The notes beneath the pieces were generated by a model that had not been told where the DNA came from, ran no database searches, and was given only the letters and a program-made list of their open reading frames with translations. Both the position numbers and the translations under genes were made by a program. A DNA stretch of 64,000 nucleotides from Octopus vulgaris (taxonomy: Eukaryota), in contig OX597818.1 of NCBI GenBank assembly GCA_951406725.2, positions 131,440,001 through 131,504,000 of the forward strand, given 5' to 3'. Below, one piece after another: positions 41,118-54,548 of the stretch (the first letter of the stretch is position 1; every line of letters begins with the position of its first letter).

Positions 41118-41444
41118 TTAGGGTTCAACACTCGGGACTCCCAGGGAGAGAGATCCCAAAATACTTGAAAACAATTTACACAGGCAGAGAGGAAAGCAAT
41201 GAAAATCAATCAATGTTTGGTCATCCATGGACGCGCATTTCAGAATTAGATTGGAATAAAGAAGAAGAAATAGCTAAGGTTTTTTGGCTGCTATTTCTAA
41301 ACTTCGGTATGTGGTAAAGCAAATCTTTGCTGAACCCTAATTATTAAGTATTACTTAAGTTTACCGTGAAATGGTCCTTTTTCATGCCAAATTCTACTTG
41401 GTGAAATTATTGATTAATTCTTAATTAATTAATTTTACCCTTTG

Positions 41445-41500
<56 letters not shown>

Positions 41501-41964
41501 TGTGGCTATATATCTAGAACTAAATAATAGAGGCCTCAATGCACTGCTGTGCCTGGTGGGCGACTGTATTGCTTATCAGCAGAATGTCCGAGAGCTTTTC
41601 CTTCTTTCCTCTACCAGTCTTATTAATAAAAAAAAAAAATGGAAAAAAAAACATAAAAAGTAAAATTACTTTGGAACATGTACAACCACCTTTGCTTGGA
41701 ATTGAAACAAGATGTATTAGCTGCTTGAAAAACTAGACTAATTTATTTCAGTCTTAGGAATAATTAAAAACACAAAATGAAAGCAAAAACTTTTGGATAA
41801 AGAAAGAAAAGCAGTGTACAATGAAGTTCATTAAAAAACCCCACAAAAACACAAGAAAGAGGTTTGTTTTTACGTGGATTGTTAAGCTGATGGTCACTGT
41901 AAATGACTATCGATTTCATTATATGCACATACGTGTGTACATACTTGTGTTTATATATAAATAT

Positions 41965-42019
<55 letters not shown>

Positions 42020-42031
42020 AATACATACATA

Positions 42032-42081
<50 letters not shown>

Positions 42082-42082
42082 A

Positions 42083-42146
<64 letters not shown>

Positions 42147-42385
42147 TACACAAATATGTATGTAGATATATGCAGGGCAAAAAAAAAACAAAAAAAAAAC
42201 AGGAACCTATGTTTAAATTGCACCCTCTCTATTTTAGTCATCACCAACTCTACTATGTCATATTGCATTCTCAAGTCCACCCCCCTCTTAACAGCTCCAA
42301 TCCATCCTACCACACCTCTTCTGGGATCTTCCTATGTGTGCATATGTGTGTGTGTGTGTGTGTATATATATACATATATATGTAC

Positions 42386-42466
<81 letters not shown>

Positions 42467-42825
42467 TGTATGTATATATATATATATATATATATCCGGA
42501 AAAAAAAACTTAGCAAAAAAAAAACTAAGAGAAATAAAACAAAAATATAGGAAAAAAATTAAAAAGAAATACTGCAGTCTGTTTATTCATCTCCCCCGTG
42601 ACAGTGAAAAAAAAAAACAACACATTTGCCCAAACAAAAACACATGGCTTGAATATACAAATATACATTGAATTCTCTCTAATGGCCTTCAGAAATCGAA
42701 CATTATCCGCTAACAGAGCCAAGAAGGAAAAAAAAAAAAAAGTAAGAAAATAAAAACAAGCAACATAAGAAAAGGAAAAAAGACCAGCAACTCTGAAGGA
42801 GCAGTATGAAATTAGAGGCTAGAGT

Positions 42826-42886
<61 letters not shown>

Positions 42887-42939
42887 GTGTCTGTGTGTGT
42901 ATATATGTGTGTCTATGAATACATATATGTGTGTGAGTA

Positions 42940-43012
<73 letters not shown>

Positions 43013-43127
43013 GTATATATGAATGCACATGTTATATATATGAACTTATGTTTTTGTGTGCGTGTGTCTATGAATACATATATGTGTGTGAGTATGTGTA
43101 TGAATATATATACATATGTATATATAT

Positions 43128-43175
<48 letters not shown>

Positions 43176-43676
43176 GTATGTATATATGAATGCACATGTT
43201 ATATATATGAACTTATGTGTTTTGTGTGTGTGTGTGTGTGTGTGTGTAATTATATATGTATGCGTGTTTTCTTTATTGATATGCAAAAACGTATATCATA
43301 CATAGATTTCATTTTTAGAATTTGAGATTAAATCTTTCTCTCCCCCCCCACCTCTCTTCCTCTATCTTTCTCTGTCACATACAGGCACTCGCATTTCTGT
43401 ATTCTCTCATCCTTTCACTCTCCTTCCTCTTCTCTCTCTCTCTCTCTTTTTCTCTCTCTCTCTCTCTCTTTTTACAAGGACTCAATTTGTCTTCTCCTCA
43501 TTGCATTGGACAAGAGACATACAAAACCCTTGTAAAATGGCTTTAATAAGGGTGAACATACAAATTCTATCATTGTCAATGTTGTTACTGCTGCTCTTGT
43601 TGTTTTCTTCTGCTGCTTGATGCTATTATCATTATTATTATCATTATTATTATTATTATCATCATTATTATTATTA

Positions 43677-43749
<73 letters not shown>

Positions 43750-43877
43750 ATGGTTTCTTTATTCCCTCTCACTTTCATGTTTTCTAAAAGTGTGATAATT
43801 GAGAAGGGAAACATGGCAAATATATGTAAAAGTATCAAATGCATGTATGTATATATGTGCATCAGTAAGTGTATATA

Positions 43878-43921
<44 letters not shown>

Positions 43922-44110
43922 TGTTATATTTATATATATATATATACACACACGCACATACATATGTATGAGTATATGAGTGTGTAAGTCCTTAGATAGA
44001 TCAATATATAGATATACATGTATACATACAAAAACATATATACACAGACACACAAACTCTCCGAGACTCGTACATATGGTCAGTGCATGCATACATACAT
44101 CCATACATAC

Positions 44111-44173
<63 letters not shown>

Positions 44174-44253
44174 CATATATATATACATATATATATATAT
44201 ACATATATATATAATATATATATATATACATATATATATACATATATATATAT

Positions 44254-44288
<35 letters not shown>

Positions 44289-44706
44289 CATTCATACATA
44301 CATATACAATCATTGATTTCTTATGTCACACACTCACATATATACACACACACACACACACTCATATCAGACACACACACACACTCATATCAGACACACA
44401 CATACAGCTACATAGATATACTAAAAAAAAAACATTTAGTTACATATGCACATGAACACACACATGCACACAAACACATGCACACAAACACATGCACACA
44501 AACACATGCACACTCATAAACACACCAAGAAAAGGAAGTGCGGATGCATATATGCTTTTAACATTATTTTCGCATCTATATATTTCTATTGCCTTTGTTC
44601 AGGCAGGCACAGGTTGAATGAACGAAGGGAAAAAAATACATAAGCAAAGAGCAAAAGAAATATTAGAAGTGTGAAAGACTCGTACAACCCCACTCATGTG
44701 CGTGAG

Positions 44707-44737
<31 letters not shown>

Positions 44738-44854
44738 ATATATATGTATATATATATATTTATATATATATATATATATATGAATACATATATATATATG
44801 TATATATGCATATATATATATATATGTACATATGCATATATATGTGTGTGTATA

Positions 44855-44897
<43 letters not shown>

Positions 44898-44908
44898 ATA
44901 TATCTATT

Positions 44909-44943
<35 letters not shown>

Positions 44944-44965
44944 ATATATCTATTTATATATATAT

Positions 44966-44996
<31 letters not shown>

Positions 44997-45458
44997 CACA
45001 CTCACATTCACATATAGAGAGAGAGTAATTTCATTGCCTGTATAATTTCATGCAATTTGTGCCGGGCCACAATTATGTCTCTATTGATGCTGTGTTTAGT
45101 GATGACAGTCAATACAACACTGCAATAATACCTTCAATTTAGTCCCATTCTCCTTCCCTTGGTCTTGGTTTCAATACTGTGATGCAGTAGATATTGTCGC
45201 TATAGGAACCGAATATAATTATGTATTGATGCCCCTTCTGAAAAGCTGGAATTTCGTGGTAACACACACGACTGTCCCCTGCCATCTGTCCTGCCCTTGT
45301 AGTTCACAGAGATAAACCCCTCACCACAGATGGATTCCTTTTAAAGCAGAAAAATAATAAGAGGTAAATATAGTGTTTTAATGCTACCTTTGAAAAGACC
45401 TCCATGTCTATGTATCTATCTATTTCATATAGATGTGTTTTGTGAATGTTGGTATATA

Positions 45459-45648
45459 TCATCATCATCATCATCATCATCATTTAACGTCCGTTCTTCA
45501 TGCTAGCATGGGTTGGACGGTTCGACCGGGGATCTGGGAAGCCAGAAGGTTGCACCAGGCTCCGGTCTTATCTGGCAATGTTTCTACAGCTGGATGCCCT
45601 TCTTAACACCAACCACTCCATGAGTGTAGTGGGTGCTTTTTACGTGCC
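45459..45648 (-). mobile_element. RTE 3' end
   Basis: Near-identical to 50120-50308. Confidence 0.85.
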
Positions 45649-45725
45649 ATATATACACACACACACATACACATACATGCACACACACATACACATACAT
45701 GCGCACACACACACACATGCACATA

Positions 45726-45847
45726 AGTAAGCACATAAAATCAAAACAAGGTGCAAAAAGTAGTACTCAAATACCAAAGGTAGAGCAATATGAACAAGAA
45801 CATGAAACTCTGAGTAACAGTTTTGTGAAAATTTTTCAGCTTTAATA
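45726..45847. mobile_element. Second copy of hammerhead family 1 element (centre deleted)
   Basis: Left part is the reverse complement of 2690-2745; right part AACATGAAACTCTGAGTAACAGTT is the 3' half of the hammerhead. Confidence 0.65.
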
Positions 45848-46160
45848 ATAGTGTGTGTATACATACACACACACACACTTTTCAAGACCCTTTCCATTAC
45901 CATCAAACTACAACAAATTTAGTTGTTATTCAATGTATGTGTATGTGCGCATGTGTGTATGTTTTTGTGAATATGTGTAACTGTGTTTACACTTCTCTTT
46001 TATGTGTACGCATGTACATATAATCATATGTTTACACACATATACATACTTGTGCATATCTATAAGTGTACGTAAGTATGTACATATTTATCTGTCTATA
46101 TATTTCTCTTTCTCTCTATTTGTCTGTCTCTCTGCCTCTCTCTCATGTTATATATATATA

Positions 46161-46564
46161 TACTCTTTTACTTGTTTCAGTCATTTGACTGCGGCCATGC
46201 TGGAGCACTGCCTTTAATTGAGCAACTTGACCCCGGGGACTTATTCTTTGTAAGCCCAGTACTTATTCTATCGTTCACTTTTGCCAAACCGCTAAGTGAC
46301 GGGGACATAAACACACCAGCATCGGTTGTCAAGCAATGCTAGGGGGACAAACACAGACACACAAACATACACGCACACATATATATACATATACATATAT
46401 ACAACGGGCTTCTTTCAGTTTCCGTCTACCAAATCCACTCACAAGGCTTTGGTCGGCCTGAGGCTATAGTAGAAGACACTTGCTCAAAGTGCCACACAGT
46501 GGGACTGAACCCGGGACCATGTGGTTGGTATGCAAGCTACTTACCACACAGTCACTCCTGCGCC
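46161..46564 (-). mobile_element. SINE-A copy
   Basis: Colinear with other copies. Confidence 0.9.
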
Positions 46565-46582
46565 ATACATATATATATATAT

Positions 46583-46740
46583 ACAGGGAGAGTTTACGAA
46601 AAAACACAAAAGACGAAGACAGGTGGTGTACAAAACAAACAGATGTATTAGTATAACGCTCAGGAATAGAAAAAGTCTTTTATGTATCGAGCCTATGCTC
46701 TTCTACAGAAAGGGACACAGAAAAAAACAAGGAGAGAAAC
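46583..46740 (-). mobile_element. Penelope-type pseudo-LTR fragment (hammerhead family 3)
   Basis: Homologous to 48621-48868 and 48896-49125; decayed hammerhead at 46677-46712. Confidence 0.65.
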
Positions 46741-47036
46741 AGAGACAGACAGACAGACAAACAGAGAGAAAGAGAGATAGATAGACAGATAAATATGTAC
46801 ATACTTACATACAATGCAAGAAAGAAAAAGACATGGAGTCATTGTTACTGTATAGGCAAAACACCATGATTTAGATATTGCTAACTTTCTAAATGCTGCA
46901 AGATGTTTTGTACGTAAAGTTCAGAAAGAATTGGAAGCCTTTTGTGAGATGTTTTAACTGTATCAAAGATAAAAAAGATTCTAAATGTACAAACACTATA
47001 AAGACATCAAATTTTATCAAATGAGTTCAGAACATT

Positions 47037-47320
47037 ATAAACTTAGATATGTTTCGACCAAAGATTGGTCCAGGCCATGTCTAACTTAATAGCACCACCT
47101 GATAGGATTATCTAAATCCTGTTTAAGTCAGGTTTTGTTTATGGTCCATTGAAGTAGTGAGTTTTTGTTGGGTGAGTTGTATCCAATTATGGGTGGCTTA
47201 TCTGGTATTCCTTGAAGGAATCTATCCAGACTCCGTTTAAAGTTGATGGGATCCTTTTCCTCTTTGATCTCTTTCGGGACAATGTTAAATAGGCAGATTG
47301 AAATCCATGAAAAGGAATGA
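47037..47320 (-). mobile_element. 5'-truncated CR1/L2-like LINE
   Basis: HSFSWISICLFNIVPKEIKEEKDPINFKRSLDRFLQGIPDKP...NKNSLLQW; 3' UTR hairpin GACCAA-TCT-TTGGTC followed by GAAAC. Confidence 0.8.
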
Positions 47321-47719
47321 TGACCATCACCAAAGAACTTCAAGTAGCAGAGTGGACAATCGCTTTCATGTGGTGCATGAGTGTAGAAGTTATTTGTACT
47401 GAGGAATGGCCAAATCATGTCTGCAGAGACAAAGGGTAACTGTTTGATCTATGCCATGCAGTTACTTAACAAGTATAAATTCCTCTCAAACATAGCATGA
47501 TTTGATTCTTGTCCAAATGTCTAACAGAAGAAATGACAGATAACTATGTGTAGATCCTTCTGATGTACTCATATTAATGCTCACTAAGTTTCTGGCAATT
47601 GTAATGGTCTTAGGAATGGTGAGTATCAAAGGCCATGTTATGCCACTTCACATCTTTCTACTGTGTTAGAAATAAACGCTGCTGGATATCCTGAGATGCT
47701 GAAGACAGTTGTTAAACTC

Positions 47720-48096
47720 TGGAGGCGCAATGGCCCAGTGGACTCGCGGTCATAGGATCGCGGTTTCGATTCCCAGACCGGGCGTTGTGAGTGTTTATTG
47801 AGCGAAAACACCTAAAGCTCCACGAGGCTCCGGCAGGGGATGGTGGTGATCCCTGCTGTACTCTTTCACCACAACTTTCTCTCACTCTTACTTCCTGTTT
47901 CTGTTGTACCTGTATTTCAAAGGGCCGGCCTTGTCACTCTCTGTGTCACGCTGAATATCCCCAAGAACTACGTTAAGGGTACACGTGTCTGTGGAGTGCT
48001 CAGCCACTTACACGTTAATTTCACGAGCAGGCTGGTCCGTTGATTCGGATCAACCGGAACCCTCATCGTTGTAACCGACGGAGTGCTTTCATTCCA
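47720..48096 (+). mobile_element. Young tRNA-derived SINE (SINE-B) with TSD
   Basis: TSD TGTTAAACTC (47710-47719 and 48097-48106). Near-identical to 56370-56752 apart from a 12-bp deletion between CAGTGG direct repeats in the head. Confidence 0.9.
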
Positions 48097-48718
48097 TGTT
48101 AAACTCTGGATGGATGAAGTATGCTGTGAAAGCCCATACATGTTTCAAAAAAAAAAATCTCAGCACCTTCTCACAAACCCCACATAACCCAAGAATGAAT
48201 GTCAGACAAGCTTTACAATCAGGTAGCTTGTGACCTCCAAACTTGCTTGATTTAAATACCGTGGATTACTACACTGGGAGCATTGCTGAAAAGGAGACTA
48301 ATCAATATTTTCACAATACCATGGTTTCCCTGAAGGCTACAATTGTTCAGGTGATGTCCGAGATGAATGAGTACTTTTTAGTGCAGGCATGTCAATGATT
48401 TCAGTTGCACATTGAGACAGTCATCAAAAGCTGAAAGTGGATTTATTGAACAATCTTATAAGAAAGGTTATCAATAACATGTGGATGAACTTTTATTAAA
48501 ACACATTATTTTGGCTAGATTAGATTTGTTTTATCAAACTACGAAATATGTCCTCAAATATCTTGCAACTTGTATATATGTGTATACTTTTGTGTGTATA
48601 CATATATATATATATATATAACGGGAAGCTTTATGAAAATAGACAAAAGACGAAAGCAGGTGGGGAACAAACAAACAATTGTATTAGTATGGCGCTCAGG
48701 AAATATAAATAAAACAAG

Positions 48719-48756
48719 TCTTTAACGTTTCGAGCCTACTCTCTTCAACAGAAAGA
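48719..48756 (-). ncRNA. Variant minimal hammerhead motif
   Basis: TCTTT-CTGTTGA-A-GAGA-GTAG-GCTC-GAAA-CG-TT-AAAGA. Confidence 0.55.
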
Positions 48757-48864
48757 TACACAGAGAGAAAAAAAAACAGAAAGAAGGAGAGAAAAAAAAT
48801 GCGTGCAGTAACTAACGAATCAACATGGCGATCTGATTTCGGCCAGAGGTCAAAGATCAAACAT

Positions 48865-48895
<31 letters not shown>

Positions 48896-48984
48896 GGAGG
48901 GTTTATGAAAAAAACAAAAGACAAAGACAGGTGGTGTACAAAACAAACAGATGTATTAGTATAATGCTCAGGAATAGAAAAAGT

Positions 48985-49020
48985 CTTTTACATTTCGAGC
49001 CTACGCTCTTCTACAGAAAG
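48985..49020 (-). ncRNA. Variant minimal hammerhead motif
   Basis: CTTT-CTGTAGA-A-GAGC-GTAG-GCTC-GAAA-TG-TA-AAAG. Confidence 0.55.
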
Positions 49021-49124
49021 GGACATGGAAAAAACCAAGGAGAGAAACAAGGAGAGAACAAAAAGAGAGAAAAAGGAGAGAAAAAATGTGTGTAGTGGCT
49101 AACGATCTATCATGGCAACTGGTG

Positions 49125-49196
<72 letters not shown>

Positions 49197-49782
49197 CACC
49201 CCACAAACACATATGCATATGTGAAATAGAAGGGTGTGAATGACTTCCAAATTTTGCAGAAGAAATGATAAGCAATGCTTTTAAGTCACAGCCAACTTTT
49301 CTTTACCTAAAAATATATTTTATACTCTACAACTATATATTCAGTATTTTTCAGTTAATGTACAAATGCCTTCATTCATAGCTTCATATTTATTATATAT
49401 AGATATATGTGTATGTGTGCTTAAGTGTGTATGTATGCACATGTTTCTGTGTACATGATACTAGATTGATGCACACAGAGATAACCCAGCGTATATCTTT
49501 TGAATAATCCACAATGGTGAAACTGTGCAGTCATGGCAGTATAACTAACCTGTTATTCTGTTTAATACACATATATCTGCTCTTCAAAAATATTGAATTC
49601 TCTGTGTGTTTTTAATTTTTGTATGTTTGTTGTGACAAACACACACACACACACACACACATACACACACACTCAAACAGGTATGTGGGCAGTTATATTG
49701 GGCCATGCAAATCAGAACCATTATCCCTATGAAGGTGTTTCCATTAAACATGAGTTCATGATATATGTTGATACACACTCAC

Positions 49783-49803
49783 ATCAGCAACATCAGGTGT
49801 TAT
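49783..49803 (-). other. Candidate 21-nt micro-exon (ITPDVAD in phase 0)
   Basis: attattgctttactacag|ATAACACCTGATGTTGCTGAT|gtgagt in a repeat-free island; only phase 0 is open. Confidence 0.35.
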
Positions 49804-50119
49804 CTGTAGTAAAGCAATAATTTAAAGAGGATTCCTTGCAGTTATTACCCATTTAACTACTCCTGTTTTGTATAACGTAATCTTTGGTCATCACACTGGA
49901 ACAATATTTATGCCACTGATTACCATATATTTAATTGCTTATGGAGAGGAAAAAAATAAGTTCTAATGTTTATATGTATTATTTCTCTCTATCTTATCTC
50001 TCTTTCCCTGTCCTTGCACAATGATCACACACATGCACACACAAACATACACACACATAAACAGACATGCAGATATATATAAAAATAAACAATACATAAA
50101 TCATATATATATATATATG

Positions 50120-50640
50120 TCATCATCATTATCATCATCGTTTAACGTCCGTTCTCCATGCTAGCATGGGTTGGACGGTTCGACCGGGGATCTGGGAAGC
50201 CAGAAGGCTGCACCAGGCTCCGGTCTTATCTGGCAATGTTTCTACAGCTGGATGCCCTTCCTAACGCCAACCACTCCGTGAGTGTAGTGGGTGCTTTTTA
50301 CGTGCCACCTGCACTGGTGCCAGGCGAGGCTGGCATCGGCCACGGTCGGATTGGTGCATTTTACGTACCACCGGCACGGAAGCCAGTCGAGGTGGCACTG
50401 GCTTCGGCCACGATTCGGATGGTGCTTTTTACGTGCCACGGACATGGAAGCCAGTCGAGGCAGCGCTGGCATCGGCCACGATTCGGATGGTGCTTTTTAC
50501 GTGCCACCGACACGGAAGCCAGTCGAGGCGGGACTGGCTTCGGCCACGATTCGGATGGTGCTTTTTACGTGCCACCGGCACGGAAGCCAGTCGAAGCGGC
50601 GCTGGCATCGGCCACGATTCGGATAGTGCTTTTTACATAT
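50120..50640 (-). mobile_element. Young RTE 3' UTR with 68-bp minisatellite
   Basis: Units start at 50290, 50353, 50421, 50489, 50557 and 50625; (CAT)n tail at left. A second short 3' end lies at 50757-50896. Confidence 0.85.
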
Positions 50641-51073
50641 CTCCAGTCATAGGATTGGTTCAATTTCGATACATGTATATGTAAATATGTAAATAGTCAT
50701 GCATATAAATAATATATATATACATATAAATGATATGTATATACACACACACAATAATCATCAACATCATTTAACGTCTGTTGTCCATACTGGCATGGGT
50801 TGGATGGCTTGACCAGGGAAGGCTGGAAGGCTGCTCCAGAAACCAGTCTGATTTGGCATGGTTTCTACAGCTGGATGCCCTTCCCAATGCCAACCATATA
50901 TATATATATATATATAATAAATATACATACTTATCTATAATAGAGAAGCTCACTTTGTAACAATGTACTTTGCAGTTCAATCCCATTACAAGGTACTTTG
51001 TGCCAGTTTCCTCTAATACAGAAGCAGGGCTAATGAATGCTGTGTATGTTTGTGTGTTTGTGTGTGTGTACCT

Positions 51074-51480
51074 GTTTACTGTTTACTCTTTTACTTGTTT
51101 CAGTCATTTGACTGCAGCCATGCTGGAGCACCGCCTTTAATCAAGCAACTCAACCCCGGGACTTATTTTTTGTAAGCCCAGTACTTATTCTATCGGTCTC
51201 TTTTGCCAAATCGTTAAGTGACGGAGACATAAACACACCAGCATTGGTTGTCAAGCAATGCTAGGGGAACAAACACAGACACACAAACATACATGCACAC
51301 ATATATATATATACATATATACAACAGGCTTCTTTTAGTTTCTGTCTACCAAATCCACTCACAAGGCTTTGGTCGGCCCGAGGCTATAGTAGAAGACACT
51401 TGCCCTAGGTGCCACGCAGTGGGACTGAACCCGGAACCATGTGGTTGGTAAGCAAACTACTTACCACACAGTCACTCCTG
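51074..51480 (-). mobile_element. SINE-A copy nested in an older plus-strand SINE-A (~50945-51700)
   Basis: Old 5' half (GTTCAATCCCATTACAAGGTACTTTG) lies to the left; old 3' half (TGACAACCAGTG...TGAAACATG) lies to the right. Confidence 0.85.
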
Positions 51481-51830
51481 TGTATGTGTGTATCTTTGTG
51501 TCTATGTTTATCTTTCCAGTACCTGACAACCAGTGTTGTTTTGTTTACATCCCCATAACTTAACAGATAAGCAAGTAAGAGGCCAACAGAATATGTACTA
51601 GACCTTAAAAACAATGAATACAGGATGACAATTTGCTTGACTAAAACCCTTCAAAGTGGTGCCTCAACATAGTTACAGTCTAATAAGTGAAACATGTAGA
51701 CAATAATAGTTACACTCAATTCCATATACACAGACATGTTCCAAAAATGCATTATTTTACATACAACCACACACACACATGCATAAACATGAGGAATTTA
51801 TACAGCAGAAGATGGAGAAAAGACCATAAT

Positions 51831-52250
51831 GGTGCAGGAGTGGCTGTGTGGTAAGTAGCTTGCTTACCAACCACATGGTTCTGGGTTCAGTCCCACTGCG
51901 TGGCACCTTGGGCAAGTGTCTTCTACTATAGCCTTGGGCCGACCAAAGCCTTGTGAGTGGATTTGGTAGACGGAAACTGAAAGAAGCCCGTCGTATATAT
52001 GTATATATATATATATACGTGTGTGTGTGTTTGTGTGTCTGTGTTTGTCTCCCTAGCATTGCTTGACAACCGATGCTGGTGTGTTTATGTCCCCGTTACT
52101 TAGCGGTTTGGCAAAAGAGACCGATAGAATAAGTACTGGGCTTACAAAGGAATAAGTCCCGGGGTCGAGTTGCTCGATTAAAGGCGGTGCTCCAGCATGG
52201 CCGCAGTCAAATGACTGAAACAAGTAAAAGAGTAAAAGAGAGTAAAGAGA
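51831..52250 (+). mobile_element. SINE-A copy
   Basis: Colinear with other copies; possible short TSD ATAAT. Confidence 0.9.
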
Positions 52251-52255
52251 ATAAT

Positions 52256-52576
52256 GTGTCATTCCAACAGTTACAGCAACAAATGTTCCAGTTCATCCAA
52301 TCGATGGAATAGCCTGCTTCTGATGTTTAATGTGCAAGTGGCTGAGAGCTCCACAGGCATGGATACCCTTAACATAGTTCTCAGAGAAATTCAGTGTGAC
52401 ACAGAATGTGACAAGGCAGGCCCTTTGAATTACAGGTGCCTTTCATTTTTGCCTGCTGAGTGGACTGGAGCAACGTGAAATAAAGTGTCTTGCTCATGAA
52501 CAAAACATATGGTCAGGAATTGAACTCAAGACTTTATGATTGTAAGCCAAAATTTCTAACCACTAAGCCATGCTCC
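52256..52576 (-). mobile_element. Older SINE with the SINE-B 3' module and a CORE-like middle
   Basis: Head GCATGGCTTAGTGGTTAG...GAGTTCAATTCC, middle TGAGCAAGACACTTTATTTCACGTTGCTCCAG, tail matching 47905-48085. Confidence 0.75.
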
Positions 52577-53102
52577 ATATGATATATTATATGACAATGC
52601 TAGCTACTATACTAAAATGACCTTACAACCTGAAGCATTTAAATATACACATATGTACATACACACACCTACATATATGTAAAAAAAAAGGATATAGGAA
52701 TGCTTAAAAACTCTTGGAAAATATTTGTTCACTGTGACAAGCCAAATTTTTCACTATGGGACTTGACATACCTACACATTCCAGACGTCTTTCAAACAAC
52801 ATTACAAGTAGGTACAGGAAGACAAACACACATATCTTCTAAGATTATTAAACAAGTCCAAATATTAGCTCCCAAAACTACAGTAGAGGAGAGAAGAAAA
52901 TGTTTAGCACCACATAAACCCCAAATGATATTTATAGACCACTCAGTGAGTATCTGTTAACCCAGGAAAGGGAAAACTGAGAGAAGTTAGTAAAAAATAT
53001 TGAAATTGCATATATTGAAAAAATTACTCAAGCCATGAATTTGCTGTTGTGGACAAAATAGTGTCACTATAATCAATTAATTTGAGAAAATAGATAAATG
53101 CA

Positions 53103-53516
53103 TCTCTTTACTCTTTTACTCTTTTATTTGTTTCAGTCATTTGACTGCGGCCATGCTGGAGCACCGCCTTTAATCGAGCAACTCGACCCCGGCACTTATT
53201 CTTTGTTAGCCCAGTACTTATTCTATCGGTTTCTTTTGCCAAACCGCTAAGTAACGGGGACATAAACACACCAGCATCGGTTGTCAAGCAATGCTAGGGG
53301 GACAAACATGGACATACAAACACACACACATATATATATATATACATATATACGACGGGCTTCTTTCAGTTTCCGTCTACCAAATCCACTCACAAGGCTT
53401 TGGTCGGTCCGAGGCTATAGTAGAAGACACTTGCCCAAGGTGCCATGCAGTGGGACTGAACCCGGAACCATGTGGTTGGTAAACAAGCTACCTACCACAC
53501 AGCCACTCCTGCGCCT
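53103..53516 (-). mobile_element. SINE-A copy
   Basis: Colinear with other copies. Confidence 0.9.
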
Positions 53517-53775
53517 ATTTGCAAATGAATCAAATTTCTGCAAAACACTTCACTCAATGTAAGGGACTTCGGAATTAACCATTTAACTGTGGAATTAAAT
53601 TTCATGGTTATTCCAGTAATGATATTAAATATCTACATAAAAAAACAAAACTCATATTATCTTTAAGTCATGTTGCCTCAATAAACTTGACTTATATCAA
53701 CAAAAAAACAGTTTCAGACCTGATATTCCTCAACAAAAGTGAGACTAGTAGATAAAACAGCTTTCTTCCAGTTAA

Positions 53776-54140
53776 TCATCATCATCATCATCATCATCGT
53801 TTAACGTCCGTTTTCCATGCTAGCATGGGTTGGACGGTTCAACTGGGGTCTGGGAAGCCCGAAGGCTGCACCAGGCCAGTCAGATCTGGCAGTGTTTCTA
53901 CAGCTGGATGCCCTTCCTAACGCCAAGCACTCCGTGAGTGTAGTAGGTGCTTTTTACGTGCCACCTGCACAGGTGCCAGACAGAGCTGGCAAACGGCCAC
54001 GAACGGATGGTGTTTTTACGTGCCACCAGCATGGGGGCCAGGCGAGGCTGGCAACGGACACGAATGGATGGTGCTTTTACGTGCTACCGGCACGGGGGCC
54101 AGGTGAGGCTGGCAACGGACACGAGCGGATGGTGCTTTTA
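53776..54140 (-). mobile_element. RTE 3' UTR with three minisatellite units
   Basis: (CAT)n tail; TTTTACGTGCCACC units. Confidence 0.85.
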
Positions 54141-54548
54141 AGTACAATTAAATTTCAAGTGGATATTTCTTATTTCTGTAATAACAGTTTTCATATTATA
54201 ATGTATCCAAGGATGTCTTTACAATAATTTGAGGACCATTTTAGTGCCAAGCACAATGACAATGGTCTATATAAAATGGGTAAGAACCCTTAAGATTGGA
54301 GTTGAGTTTTGTTGTCTGGCATGATTATATAGCTTAAGCTCTACATGGAGAGAATTTCACCTTAAATTTATAGAAGTGATGGTCTGTTAATTTCACATCC
54401 TGTGAACTATTATGCATTTGATAGACTAAGAAAAGATCTTTGTAAAGCATTTAATGCATTTAGTTAATGAATATCTATTAGCAGTAACATCAATGGTTTT
54501 GTTTTTTTAAAACATTATGTTAAATTTAACCACAAGTAAACAATAGTA

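Larger units (their letters stand above)
46815..48575 (+). mobile_element. Decayed Tc1/mariner transposon (maT/DD37D-like) interrupted by a CR1 fragment and SINE-B
   Basis: QERKRHGVIVTV*AKHHDLDIANFLNAARCFVRKVQKELE ... KELQVAEWTI ... VMVLGMVSIKGHVMPLHIF ... KTVVKLWMDEV ... PPNLLDLNTVDYY ... KAESGFIE. Confidence 0.8.
48621..49125 (-). mobile_element. Two tandem hammerhead family 3 pseudo-LTR fragments separated by (TA)n
   Basis: Copies at 48621-48868 and 48896-49125. Confidence 0.7.

Noticed and set aside
43489-43546. Plus-strand terminal-exon-like frame after a CT tract
   Set aside because: The pyrimidine tract is just (CT)n microsatellite, which shows how easily such patterns arise by chance.
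50290-50640. CRISPR-like array of palindromic repeats
   Set aside because: Whole units repeat with no unique spacers, there are no cas genes, and it lies inside a eukaryotic RTE 3' UTR.
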